Assembly (NCBI GenBank): GCA_041737255.1
Contig: JBGSSB010000092.1
Location: 12,425-76,424, forward strand
Direction: 5' to 3'
DNA length: 64,000 bases
DNA from: Chlamydiales bacterium
Lineage (GTDB): Bacteria > Chlamydiota > Chlamydiia > Chlamydiales > FEN-1388
This document shows, one piece after another, positions 9,583 to 18,486 of the stretch; position 1 is the first letter of the stretch, and the number at the start of each line of letters is the position of its first letter. The position numbers and the translations under genes are program-made. Under the pieces are notes generated by a model. That model searched no databases, was not told the origin of the DNA, and saw nothing but the letters and a program-made list of their open reading frames with translations.

Positions 9583-10926
9583 CTAATGTGGAATAGGTTC
9601 TAGAAAAGTCAGGTTCTCTCCAGCAAGGTAGAGTGGGTAGCGATGGATGCCAGATTTGACGTCTACGTGGATGTTATTAGCGCTGAAAATGACTCTAAAG
9701 GGAGATTGGTATTTTGTTGCAAAGAGATGCAGGCTTTTTGTGTGAGTGACCCACCCGGATTTTACTTCTATAGGGACGGCTTTCCCGTCTGCTTGGCGTA
9801 AAAATTCTACTTCCGCTGTATTTTCTTGCCAGCTGTAGAGCTTCTTTTGTCCTCTGCATAAAAATTCCTGGGCTACAAAATTTTCAGCAAAATAGCCCTT
9901 GTATGAGCCATAATCCTGATTAAGGATTTCCTTTGGCTCAAGATTACTTAAGGCCCCCAAAATCCCTATATCAAAGAGAAAAAGTTTAAATGCATTTTCT
10001 TTAGAATATGCTGAAAATGGCAATTTGCCTGAGTGCGCTATATGAACCTTTATGATGAGCCCAGCTTTATCAAGCCAGTCAATAACCCCAGCTAATCGAT
10101 CATAGCGATTTATGCCTGCGACAGCGTCTTTAAAAGTGAACTTTTTAGCAGAGGCATCTTGAGATCTTGCGAGTTGTTCAGGAATGGATTGCCACAGCCT
10201 ATCTAAATGCATGGCATTAATTTTTCCTGAGTGCTTTGTCATGTCAGCCATGTAGGTCAAAATGATTTCATTTTGTAGCTTTCGTACGGCCTTAAAAGCT
10301 TCAAACAGGTTGTCCTTTGCCTTAGCAAAAGTGCTGACAACTTCAGGAAGCCCACCCGTAATAAAATACCACTTGAGCTTCTCCCACAGGTGCTCATGAA
10401 CAACTTTAGGAATTGTTTTTGTGTTTAGTGCTTCATCAAAATAAGGGATTGATCGCTCTTCGCCAATTGCCTGCAAAAATTCTCTAAACGACATCGGATA
10501 CATCGATAGCATGTTTACTTTTCCCACAGGGAATGAAACAGGACCTAAATGTACACCTAAGAGGGATCCTGCGCTACATATGGCAATTTCTGGCATCTCT
10601 TCAGCAAAGTATTTCAGGCTAGTCAGTGCGCGTGGACACTCCTGGATTTCGTCAAAGATCAAAAGGTCTTTCGAGGGGTTGATAGACGCATCTACAATAA
10701 AGCAGAGTTTTTGAATGATTGTTTTTGGGTCGATATTCCCTTCAAAGGCGGAAACAAGTGTTTTGCTCTTCTCAAAGTTAAAGTAATGAGCTTTTGGGAA
10801 GCATTCTTTTCCGAATTCCTCCAAAATATGCGTTTTACCAACCTGCCTAACCCCTCTCAGGATTAGAGGTTTTCGACTTGTATCTTCTTTCCATTGCTTT
10901 AGGTCTTTAAATATAGTGCGCTTCAT
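9583..10926 (-). CDS. AAA+ ATPase with a C-terminal PD-(D/E)xK nuclease-like domain (AAA_14/DUF4143-type architecture)
   Basis: 447 aa. Walker A in LRGVRQVGKTH, Walker B-like LLIFDEIQ, and a C-terminal EVEFLRQADGKAVPIEVKSG motif typical of restriction-endonuclease-fold domains fused to this ATPase family. Confidence 0.7.
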   Translation of the reverse strand: MKRTIFKDLKQWKEDTSRKPLILRGVRQVGKTHILEEFGKECFPKAHYFNFEKSKTLVSAFEGNIDPKTIIQKLCFIVDASINPSKDLLIFDEIQECPRALTSLKYFAEEMPEIAICSAGSLLGVHLGPVSFPVGKVNMLSMYPMSFREFLQAIGEERSIPYFDEALNTKTIPKVVHEHLWEKLKWYFITGGLPEVVSTFAKAKDNLFEAFKAVRKLQNEIILTYMADMTKHSGKINAMHLDRLWQSIPEQLARSQDASAKKFTFKDAVAGINRYDRLAGVIDWLDKAGLIIKVHIAHSGKLPFSAYSKENAFKLFLFDIGILGALSNLEPKEILNQDYGSYKGYFAENFVAQEFLCRGQKKLYSWQENTAEVEFLRQADGKAVPIEVKSGWVTHTKSLHLFATKYQSPFRVIFSANNIHVDVKSGIHRYPLYLAGENLTFLEPIPH

Positions 10927-10938
10927 ACTTTATATTTT

Positions 10939-10984
10939 TGCCAAAAATGACATTTTTTGATACTAAAATCTGTCATTTTTGGCA
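10939..10984. promoter_or_regulatory. Perfect 14-bp inverted repeat just upstream of the ATPase start (candidate operator)
   Basis: tgccaaaaatgaca (10939-10952) and tgtcatttttggca (10971-10984), separated by an 18-nt AT-rich spacer. It sits 13-58 nt upstream of the ATG at 10926 on the minus strand. Confidence 0.35.
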
Positions 10985-11065
10985 TTTTATATGAGCAAAC
11001 ATGAGGATTTTACATTACTCAGCTGAAAAAGGGGGGGGCAACTTGGTTGTCATTGCGGTCAAGCC

Positions 11066-11244
11066 CAATACCGTTCACTTAAACAAAAAACTTAAGTGAT
11101 TAGAACGATGAAACGATAAAAACGATAAAAAAATAAAAAATAAAATCATCTCGATTTACTCAGAAACTTCGAATTTTTTCTTCTTTTCATCGTTCCTATC
11201 GTTCTATCGTTTCAATCATTGAGAGCTTAAGTGAACAGTATCGG
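11066..11244. mobile_element. 179-bp MITE-like palindromic element (family A) with a 9-bp target-site duplication
   Basis: Terminal inverted repeats are caataccgttcacttaa (11066-11082) and ttaagtgaacagtatcgg (11227-11244). A perfect direct repeat, ggtcaagcc, flanks it at 11057-11065 and 11245-11253. The arms carry three aacgat / atcgtt units around an AT-rich centre. There is no ORF. Confidence 0.7.
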
Positions 11245-11371
11245 GGTCAAGCCTGGCATTCGGGCATACGGTTGAGAGATCCTAAAGGCGGTTATGATTG
11301 CTCCCTAATTCTCAAAAATCCGAATGTCTCTGACCTTTGTCTTTAGGAAGGATGGGAGTTGTCGATATTTT

Positions 11372-11424
11372 CTAGGCAATTTGTTTAAGCTTAAAGCCTA
11401 GCCAGTCGCAGGCTACAAAGTGGT
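11372..11424. repeat. Direct repeat copy B (53 bp), the functional 3' end of the phosphoesterase gene
   Basis: Identical to 9470-9522. It starts exactly at the stop codon (cta on the plus strand, 11372-11374). Confidence 0.95.
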
Positions 11425-12112
11425 ATTCGACACCGTTTTTGCTGCCAAAAAGAATGGAGTCAGGTCGCACGCTGTGTAGGTGGCCGAAGAGACATTGCGT
11501 AACCCCAGCTTTTTCTAGCATGTGAGATACCATAGAGGGCTGAAGATCGGCGCTTATAGGTGGGTAGTGCACCATGGCAATTTTAAGACGAGCATTTTTA
11601 TCTAAGGCATCAAGCGCATTGCCTAGTCGCATGACTTCTCGTCTAAAGATAGCTTCAACTTCTTCTGGGGGTTTGGGTTTGCCACCCTCTTTAATCGGTT
11701 TTTTCATTTCGATGTAGGGGCCAAAGTTATACTCGGGGCTATCCCATAGTCTCGTCCCGCAGATGGCTACATCATTCCAGAGAAAAGCATCAGACCATAA
11801 TAGATGGATGGACTCAGGGAGGACTTTTCTTACCTTGGTAGGGGCCCCGCACCAGTAATCGTGGTTTCCGCGTATTATAACCTTGGTTCCCGGGCGTTCT
11901 GCTATCCAGTCAAGGTCGGCTTTTGCCTCCTCAAGCTTCATAGCCCATGAGATATCGCCAGGAATAAGGACAAGGTCCTCTGGTTTTACATTAGCGTCCC
12001 AGTGGGCCTTAATTTTTTTGTCATGGTCGATCCACTCAGGGCCAAAGACATGCATCTCTTTGCCTGCGATACCAAATGAAAGGTGAAGATCTGCGATTGC
12101 CCAAATAGCCAT
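11372..12112 (-). CDS. Calcineurin-like metallophosphoesterase
   Basis: Motifs AIADLHL, PGDISW and GNHDYW. The likely start is the ATG at 12112 (MAIWAIADLH); the ORF track extends to 12124. Confidence 0.75.
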   Translation of the reverse strand: MAIWAIADLHLSFGIAGKEMHVFGPEWIDHDKKIKAHWDANVKPEDLVLIPGDISWAMKLEEAKADLDWIAERPGTKVIIRGNHDYWCGAPTKVRKVLPESIHLLWSDAFLWNDVAICGTRLWDSPEYNFGPYIEMKKPIKEGGKPKPPEEVEAIFRREVMRLGNALDALDKNARLKIAMVHYPPISADLQPSMVSHMLEKAGVTQCLFGHLHSVRPDSILFGSKNGVEYHFVACDWLGFKLKQIA

Positions 12113-12156
12113 AATGCACCTCAAAGTAACTGAAGTGTTCTTTATTTTCTAGTTTC

Positions 12157-13512
12157 TTAAAGAACAAATCCTGGGGGGATTGTTGCCCCGCGCTGCACTA
12201 CGATAATACCGTCACGTATAAAGACGCCTGGGCCATCATATTCGCGAAGGTTATTTTTGTTGATAAGCTTGGCGCCTTTGCCGATAAAGACATTTTTATC
12301 GATGATTGCACGTTTGATGACGCAATTTTCTTCGATAGCAAGCCGATCTGGAAGGCCGTGGGATTCTTGGTGTGGCAAATCATAAAAGTCGTTGCCCATA
12401 ATATAGGAGTCTTCAATTGTGGTGCCTTTTCGTACAACGCTTCTTTGGCCAAGAATGGTGTTGGCAACAAGGTTAGCTTCTATATGAGAGCCTTCGCAGA
12501 TAATTGAATCTGAAACTACAGTATTGAATATGCGAGCTCCTGGCAGGTGGGAGTGTGCTGTAGCAATAGGGTAGCTCTCGTTGTAGAGATCAAAAGGCGG
12601 GCTTTTGTGTGTAAGGGCAATATTTGCTTGGTAAAACGATTCTATAGTACCGATGTCTTCCCAGTAGCCGTCGTGGACAAAAGCGCCTATGTTGCCTGAT
12701 TGGACTTTTGTTGGGATGAGGTGTTTGCCAAAATCGTCCCTCAGGTCTTCAAGTAATAGCTTTATTAAGCAGGAGCGCTTGAAAAGATATATACCCATAG
12801 ACCCCAAAAGATTGCGGTTTGTGTTTCCTGGCAGGCCTAGATTTTCAAGTGCAGCACCGGAGGTGGTAAAGCGATCAATGGTGTCATCATCTTGTGGTTT
12901 TTCACAAAAATCAACTATCGACTGATCTTCGTTTACCTTCATGATTCCCATGCGTCTTGCGTCTTTTCTGTTTACAGGGAGTGTGGCTACAAGACAATCG
13001 ACATCTGTCTCTTGCGCTGTCTGCACCATTTTTTGAAAGTCCATGTGATAGAGCTGATCGCCAGACAGTATAAGAAAATAATCAGCAGGAGTTTCAATGA
13101 GATATTCTAAGTTTTGGCGGATTGCATCGGCTGTGCCCTTGAACCATGAGGTTTTTCCTGGTTTTTGTTCAGCACCTAAAATTTCAATAAATCCCTTTGA
13201 TGAGACGGTGTTGCTATAGGCATTAAAGATGTGCTGATGAAGGGAAGCTGATAAAAACTGCGTTACGATATAGTTTTTGTTAATATTGGAGTTCAGTGCA
13301 TTTGAAAGAGGTACATCGACAAGTTTAAAGCGACCGCCAAATAAAATGGCTGGTTTGCAGTTGCGTTTTGTTAAAGGGAAGAGGCGAGATCCTTGCCCAC
13401 CACCTAGAATAATACAGCAAACTCGAGACATATCAGGCTGTGTGTTTTGGTTTGCAACCGTTTTAGATTTTCGACTGGTAATTTTTTGAGTTGAATCTGC
13501 TAGTATTGACAT
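12157..13512 (-). CDS. glgC: Glucose-1-phosphate adenylyltransferase
   Basis: 451 aa. ILGGGQGSRLFPLTKRNCKPA nucleotidyltransferase motif, GTADA motif, and a C-terminal left-handed beta-helix region. Confidence 0.85.
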   Translation of the reverse strand: MSILADSTQKITSRKSKTVANQNTQPDMSRVCCIILGGGQGSRLFPLTKRNCKPAILFGGRFKLVDVPLSNALNSNINKNYIVTQFLSASLHQHIFNAYSNTVSSKGFIEILGAEQKPGKTSWFKGTADAIRQNLEYLIETPADYFLILSGDQLYHMDFQKMVQTAQETDVDCLVATLPVNRKDARRMGIMKVNEDQSIVDFCEKPQDDDTIDRFTTSGAALENLGLPGNTNRNLLGSMGIYLFKRSCLIKLLLEDLRDDFGKHLIPTKVQSGNIGAFVHDGYWEDIGTIESFYQANIALTHKSPPFDLYNESYPIATAHSHLPGARIFNTVVSDSIICEGSHIEANLVANTILGQRSVVRKGTTIEDSYIMGNDFYDLPHQESHGLPDRLAIEENCVIKRAIIDKNVFIGKGAKLINKNNLREYDGPGVFIRDGIIVVQRGATIPPGFVL

Positions 13513-13699
13513 AGGTCCCCATCTTTTACTAATTACTCCCCGTATTTGTCATAAAGAGGGTTTTTGTCAATTTTAAAAATGAATGCATTTATCTGTATTT
13601 CCGTAACTTTAGGTAGGAGAGATGGTTGCGTCAAAAATTAAAAATTTGAGGTGCTGGGTGCAATTTGTTGCTTTGTTAGGAGGGGCAAAGTGCCAGCAG

Positions 13700-13729
13700 T
13701 TGCGTAAATAGTGTGTATTCTGTTACAAT
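13700..13729 (+). promoter_or_regulatory. Candidate sigma70-type promoter for the OTU gene
   Basis: TTGCGT (13700-13705), an 18-nt spacer, then TACAAT (13724-13729). It lies about 29 nt upstream of the ATG at 13758. Confidence 0.3.
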
Positions 13730-13757
13730 GTATTTTTATTTAACTAATAAGTGGTTT

Positions 13758-14654
13758 ATGTCAGCAATTAATTCAACTCATTTATATAACGAATTGGCAT
13801 ATAATTTTGATATTATGGAAAAAGCCATAGCTGAAGGTCATGCAAAAGATATTGATATTGGATTTATAGAGATTTTTGCAAACGATCTTCAAGAGCTTTC
13901 AAAAATCACTTTTGATAAGTCTAAGATTCATGGACTCACGACACGTTTGAATGTGGCAGCTGATCGAATTTGCGAAGCTACAAGTTCTGTGTTTAGCGAT
14001 GTTGATCCGCGATCTCAGCGTCCCTTGGTTGGTATTAAACAGCCTGTTTCGGTGCTTGCCAAAGAGTTAAACGAAGGACTTACAAAAACTGGTCTTGAGA
14101 GATTAGATCCATTTTTTACAATGCGTCGTATTGCCGGCGAGGGCCATTGCCTCTTTCGTGCTGTGGCGGTTGGTGTTCTTGACTATCTTGAAAAAGTGCC
14201 CAATCCTTTAAAAGACGAATTTTTAACAAAACTTCGTGAGCAAGTTGCTCGTTTTGAAGATGAGTCACTAACTGCTCTTTATGAAGATATTCAACTTGTG
14301 GGGCAGCTGCCCAAAGAGGAGGCATTTAAGGCATCGGATCGATTGGTAGCCTTTTTGCGTCAGCTTGCTTGCTGCTATAACAGAAATTCTAAAAATGAAG
14401 TGCTACAAGGGCTTATATCAGAGGATTATTTGCAAGAGATGAGCAGTATGCAAAAGTGTCAGCATGGCGGTGAGCCTGAACTTGTTGCTTTACAAAACGT
14501 TTTAGGGCTCGATTTACGTGTTGTTGATACAGCAGTTATCGCCAAAGGTGAGCAGACAGCAAAATCTTACCTTGAAGCAAAAAAAGAAGAGACTGTCTTT
14601 CTTTTGCTAAGCCCGATTCACTATGATATTCTCTACGATAAATCAACCCTATAA
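13758..14654 (+). CDS. OTU-family cysteine protease (deubiquitinase-like effector candidate)
   Basis: Catalytic-Cys motif GEGHCLFRAV (Cys codon at 14148-14150) and a C-terminal His motif SPIHYDILY. The likely start is the ATG at 13758; the track ORF starts at 13713. Confidence 0.7.
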   Translation: MSAINSTHLYNELAYNFDIMEKAIAEGHAKDIDIGFIEIFANDLQELSKITFDKSKIHGLTTRLNVAADRICEATSSVFSDVDPRSQRPLVGIKQPVSVLAKELNEGLTKTGLERLDPFFTMRRIAGEGHCLFRAVAVGVLDYLEKVPNPLKDEFLTKLREQVARFEDESLTALYEDIQLVGQLPKEEAFKASDRLVAFLRQLACCYNRNSKNEVLQGLISEDYLQEMSSMQKCQHGGEPELVALQNVLGLDLRVVDTAVIAKGEQTAKSYLEAKKEETVFLLLSPIHYDILYDKSTL

Positions 14655-14713
14655 AAGTCTACGGGGAGTTGTCGACAAGAAATCTTTTTTTTGGTAGGAT
14701 CTTCCCGTAATTT

Positions 14714-15934
14714 ATGGATACTTTGCTCCCGCAAAAAACAATGACTTCTTCTGCCACAAAGGCGACACAATTTACCCTCCCGCTACTTCTATTTATTTGC
14801 CTTGGCCACTTTTTTGTCGACTTTATGCTTGGGATATGGCCCGTCTTTAAAACTATGGCAGGACTTGACTTAGCGCTTTCTGGTTTTTTAGCAGCTGGCT
14901 GCGTTGTCATGGGAGAGGGGCTTCAGGGGTATTTTGGCAATCTTTGTGATCGGGGCTATCAGAGCATCCTGTTGCTTGTGGGAATAAGCGTGGCGACTGC
15001 CGCTTGTTTTTTAAGCTACAGCGATAGCTACGTAGGGTTTTTTCTACTTTTTATGTGCACATGTCTTGGTTCTAGTGCTTTTCATCCTACAGCAGCTAGT
15101 ATTTTGTCAAATTTACAAGCAAATAATCGCAGCAGTATTATGGGGCTCTTTACCGCAGCTGGGATGATTGGATTAGGGGTTAGTCAGCTATTATTTTCTT
15201 GGACATATCTCAATAATGAAGGGGCTACTGCCATTTTAGCGCTTCCTTCCATAGTTCTTGCATTAGCCTCTTACTTTTTTTTTAAAGATAGGTCGCATAA
15301 ATCTAAGACATCAGAAAAAGAGCATTCATTTAGTTTATATATGAAGTTTCTTAGGGTTAAAGAACTGCGGGCGCTTTATTTGAGTATGCTTGGCAATCAA
15401 ATTATTTTATGGTCGCTTGTATTTTTACTTCCTGATTTTTTATTAGAAAGAGGCTATTCTACTTGGGTAGTGTTTGGTGGGGGTAACTTCTTTTTAATGG
15501 CTGGAGCTACTATTGGGCCACCTATTTTTGGATACCTTGCAGATAGGGTGTCAACGAGGCAGGTTATTGTTTCTACTTCGTTGCTTACTCTTGCTAGCTT
15601 TTATGCTTTGCTTGTCCCTTATGTTCTTAGCGAAGAGCTTCTTTTTGCTCTTTTGTTTTTGTTGGGGACAATGCTTGGAAGCGTGCCGCCACTTATTTGG
15701 GCCTTAGGTGGCCAGATGGTGCCGCAACATCGCGGAGTAATTTCGGCATTTTTAATGGGCTTTGTATGGATTTTCTCAGAGAGCTTAGGTCTTGGGTTTA
15801 GCGGGTATTTAGCAACACTTTTTGTTGAAAATCCTGCTACAAATGCGCTTGCGCTTATGGGGACAGTACAGATCGTTTCATGTTTTGCAAACTCGCAACT
15901 TCCAAAGAGTGTTCGTGAAGTTGTTATAGCTTAA
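14714..15934 (+). CDS. MFS-type transporter
   Basis: 406 aa with about 12 hydrophobic segments, the two halves split by a charged loop (KDRSHKSKTSEKEH). Confidence 0.65.
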   Translation: MDTLLPQKTMTSSATKATQFTLPLLLFICLGHFFVDFMLGIWPVFKTMAGLDLALSGFLAAGCVVMGEGLQGYFGNLCDRGYQSILLLVGISVATAACFLSYSDSYVGFFLLFMCTCLGSSAFHPTAASILSNLQANNRSSIMGLFTAAGMIGLGVSQLLFSWTYLNNEGATAILALPSIVLALASYFFFKDRSHKSKTSEKEHSFSLYMKFLRVKELRALYLSMLGNQIILWSLVFLLPDFLLERGYSTWVVFGGGNFFLMAGATIGPPIFGYLADRVSTRQVIVSTSLLTLASFYALLVPYVLSEELLFALLFLLGTMLGSVPPLIWALGGQMVPQHRGVISAFLMGFVWIFSESLGLGFSGYLATLFVENPATNALALMGTVQIVSCFANSQLPKSVREVVIA

Positions 15935-15946
15935 AAGGACTTTTAC

Positions 15947-18469
15947 ATGCGATTCCTCTCTTTACTCGTTTTTGCTGGAGTTTCTTTTTCTTCGTCGGCG
16001 TACGCGGCGACTGTTCAGCCAGCTACGACACACCTTAAGGCAATAGAGCCTCAGTGGGCAACAAAGGTGATTTCCAATCACGCTGAAGGCGGGGTTCGTG
16101 AAGTTATGCTTCATGACAACCAGCAGGCCACAAAGCTTATTTACTACTACCCAGATGGAAGTCTTTTGGCTGAGGTTGATCTTTTGGAGCAGCCTGTAGA
16201 TGCAGAGGCTATACGAGATGGCTCGAGTGTTAGCTACTACCAGGATGGTTCTATACAGAGCATTGCTCAGTATGATCACGGGAAGGCTTTTGGGGTGTTT
16301 CGCTGGTTTCATCCAAATGAAAAAATGCACCATCAGCAGTGTTATCATGATGGTATTGAAAATGGCCCCTACACAATTTTTACAGAAGATGGTCAGCTTG
16401 AAGAACAGGGGTTTTATAAAAATGGTCAGCTTCATGCAGATAGAACTACATACTATGCTTCGGGACAAAAAAAACAGACGCTAAGTTACGTAGAAGGCCT
16501 TTTAAATGGACGAGCCACAAGATGGAATGAGGCGGCGGTTGTTGAAGAAGTAAAGCTTTATCTTCAGGGGATGGTTCATGGTCAAAAGGGCAAGAGTGCT
16601 CATGTTCGCTACTACCCAGATCAATCTATAGCCATGAGCCAAGAGTTTTATTTTGGACGCCCTGAAGGCTTGTTGGTGGAATATCATCCAAATGGCAAAG
16701 AAAAACATAAAGTATTTTTTGTTTCGGGTCTAAAAGATGGTAAAGAGTGCTGCTGGAATGAGGAGGGAGTTCTTATTGCTGAATCTGAATATTCGCTGGG
16801 CATACCGGTAGGTACCCATTATCGAAAAAGTACAAATGGCAAAACTAGGCTATATCTTGCACAGTATGACAAGCAAGGAGCGCTTACTGCGCCAATAGTT
16901 GAATGGGATGAGGCTGCAGTAAAAATAAAAGAGTATAGTAAAGAGAAGGGCAAGCTACAAGGCGCCTATTTAGAGTGGTATCCAAATGGCCAAATCAAAC
17001 ACCAGTTTCATTACAATAATGGTCTTTTTCATGGTGAGCAAAAAAGCTTTTATTCAACAGGTGCCCTTGCTGTTAAGGTAGTATATGACAATGGCAAGCG
17101 ACATGGCTTGCAGCTTGAATGGTATGATAACTCAGAGCAGTGGATTTCATTTAGCTATGCAAATGGTCAAAAAGATGGAAGATGCACAAGTTGGCATAAA
17201 AATGGCAAAAAACTGTATGAGGCAACTTTTAAAGAGGGTAAGCCTCACGGGTCAGAGATATGCTGGTTAGAAAATGGTAAGATGGCATCATCTCATGGGT
17301 TTAAAGATGGATTGCCTCACGGGAAAAAAATTGTATGGCATGAAAATGGTACCTGTATTTTGGAGCAGGAGTTTGAAGATGGTGTAGTCCATGGCTATAC
17401 CCAAGCGTGGCATCCAGAGGGCGATCTGAAGTCTAAAGTTCACTACATTCATGGCCAAAAAGATGGGCTAGAAGAAGCCTATTATGACAATGGTAAACCG
17501 CAGCATCGAGTGCGTTATCACCAAGGGCAAATCGATGGAGAATATATTGCCTGGTTTGATGATGGGAAGCTTGAAAAGGAATATGCATACGATAAAGGTA
17601 AGCCCGTTGGTGAAGCCAAAGAGTATTACCCAGTAACAGCAGGGGGTAAGCATCAGCTGTCTCTTGTTGTCCGATATAAAGATGGAGTGCTCGATGGCCA
17701 GCAGGTAAGTTTTTTTCCTAATGGAAAAATGAAAGCACTGTTTGTGTATAAGAATGGGCTGCTTGATGGCAAAAAGTCTCTTTGGGCAGAGTCTGGCGAG
17801 CTTATTTATGAAGCTGCTTATAAAAAGGGGCAGTTGGCTGGCTTTTTGTACCAGCAGTTTCCTGATGGTTCTGAATTAAAACAGTATTTTAAAGATAACC
17901 ATCCTCACGGCCTCTACCAGCTGTTTTATCCATATCAGCAGGTGTTCGGAAGGGTAAAAGCTAAGGAAGCTACCTATGTTCATGGAAAAATTGATGGCGA
18001 GGTTTCTGAATATAATGAGGCAGGGACTAAGGTTTTAAGTGTTCTTTTTTGCGACGGTAAAAAAGAGGGTCTGACAACGGCTTATGGAGATAGTGGTAGC
18101 ACGCTTATGACAGTGGAATTCCACGATGGCAAGCAAAATGGCAAGGTTATCCAGTACTTCCCAAGCGGAGCAAAATTTAGGGAGTCTCTGTATAAGGAGG
18201 ACCTCCAAGAGGGTGAGGAAATAACTTTTTTTGATAATGGCCAAAAAGCAGGTATCAATCATTACATTGGGGGTAAGTTGCATGGCACGAGCATGCAGTG
18301 GAGTCCAAAAGGTATTGTTATTTTTGAGGCGGAGTACCTAAACGGCCTAAGACATGGCAAGTTTAACAAGTACTATGAAGATGGCAAACCAAAGCTTCTT
18401 CAGCAGTTTGAACATGATATTTTGGTTTCTAAAAAAAGCTACGAACCAAATGGTGTTCCTGCGAGATAA
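15947..18469 (+). CDS. Secreted MORN-variant (YwqK-like) repeat protein
   Basis: 840 aa with a signal peptide (VSFSSSAYAATV). About 30 tandem units of roughly 23 aa follow the pattern Y..NG......y.nG..hG. It starts 12 nt after the MFS gene. Confidence 0.75.
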   Translation: MRFLSLLVFAGVSFSSSAYAATVQPATTHLKAIEPQWATKVISNHAEGGVREVMLHDNQQATKLIYYYPDGSLLAEVDLLEQPVDAEAIRDGSSVSYYQDGSIQSIAQYDHGKAFGVFRWFHPNEKMHHQQCYHDGIENGPYTIFTEDGQLEEQGFYKNGQLHADRTTYYASGQKKQTLSYVEGLLNGRATRWNEAAVVEEVKLYLQGMVHGQKGKSAHVRYYPDQSIAMSQEFYFGRPEGLLVEYHPNGKEKHKVFFVSGLKDGKECCWNEEGVLIAESEYSLGIPVGTHYRKSTNGKTRLYLAQYDKQGALTAPIVEWDEAAVKIKEYSKEKGKLQGAYLEWYPNGQIKHQFHYNNGLFHGEQKSFYSTGALAVKVVYDNGKRHGLQLEWYDNSEQWISFSYANGQKDGRCTSWHKNGKKLYEATFKEGKPHGSEICWLENGKMASSHGFKDGLPHGKKIVWHENGTCILEQEFEDGVVHGYTQAWHPEGDLKSKVHYIHGQKDGLEEAYYDNGKPQHRVRYHQGQIDGEYIAWFDDGKLEKEYAYDKGKPVGEAKEYYPVTAGGKHQLSLVVRYKDGVLDGQQVSFFPNGKMKALFVYKNGLLDGKKSLWAESGELIYEAAYKKGQLAGFLYQQFPDGSELKQYFKDNHPHGLYQLFYPYQQVFGRVKAKEATYVHGKIDGEVSEYNEAGTKVLSVLFCDGKKEGLTTAYGDSGSTLMTVEFHDGKQNGKVIQYFPSGAKFRESLYKEDLQEGEEITFFDNGQKAGINHYIGGKLHGTSMQWSPKGIVIFEAEYLNGLRHGKFNKYYEDGKPKLLQQFEHDILVSKKSYEPNGVPAR

Positions 18470-18486
18470 GAGAAAGAGGTAAAACT

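Noticed and set aside
11098-11219. Short aacgat/atcgtt repeats considered as a possible CRISPR array or replication iterons
   Set aside because: The units are only about 8 bp with no spacers of CRISPR size, and they are mirror-arranged inside a MITE with a target duplication. The window has no cas genes and no CRISPR-like array.
11354-11365. Exact 12-mer gggagttgtcga shared with 14664-14675, and a 13-mer gatacgcaggatc at 30565-30577 matching family B
   Set aside because: In 64 kb read on both strands, tens to hundreds of exact 12-13-mer matches are expected by chance. Neither match has supporting flanking similarity.
15962-16468. 168-aa minus-strand ORF, together with several other ORFs of 60-94 aa, inside the MORN-repeat gene
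   Set aside because: They lie antisense or out of frame to a long repeat-encoding gene. The repetitive codon composition keeps alternative frames open, and there is no independent support.
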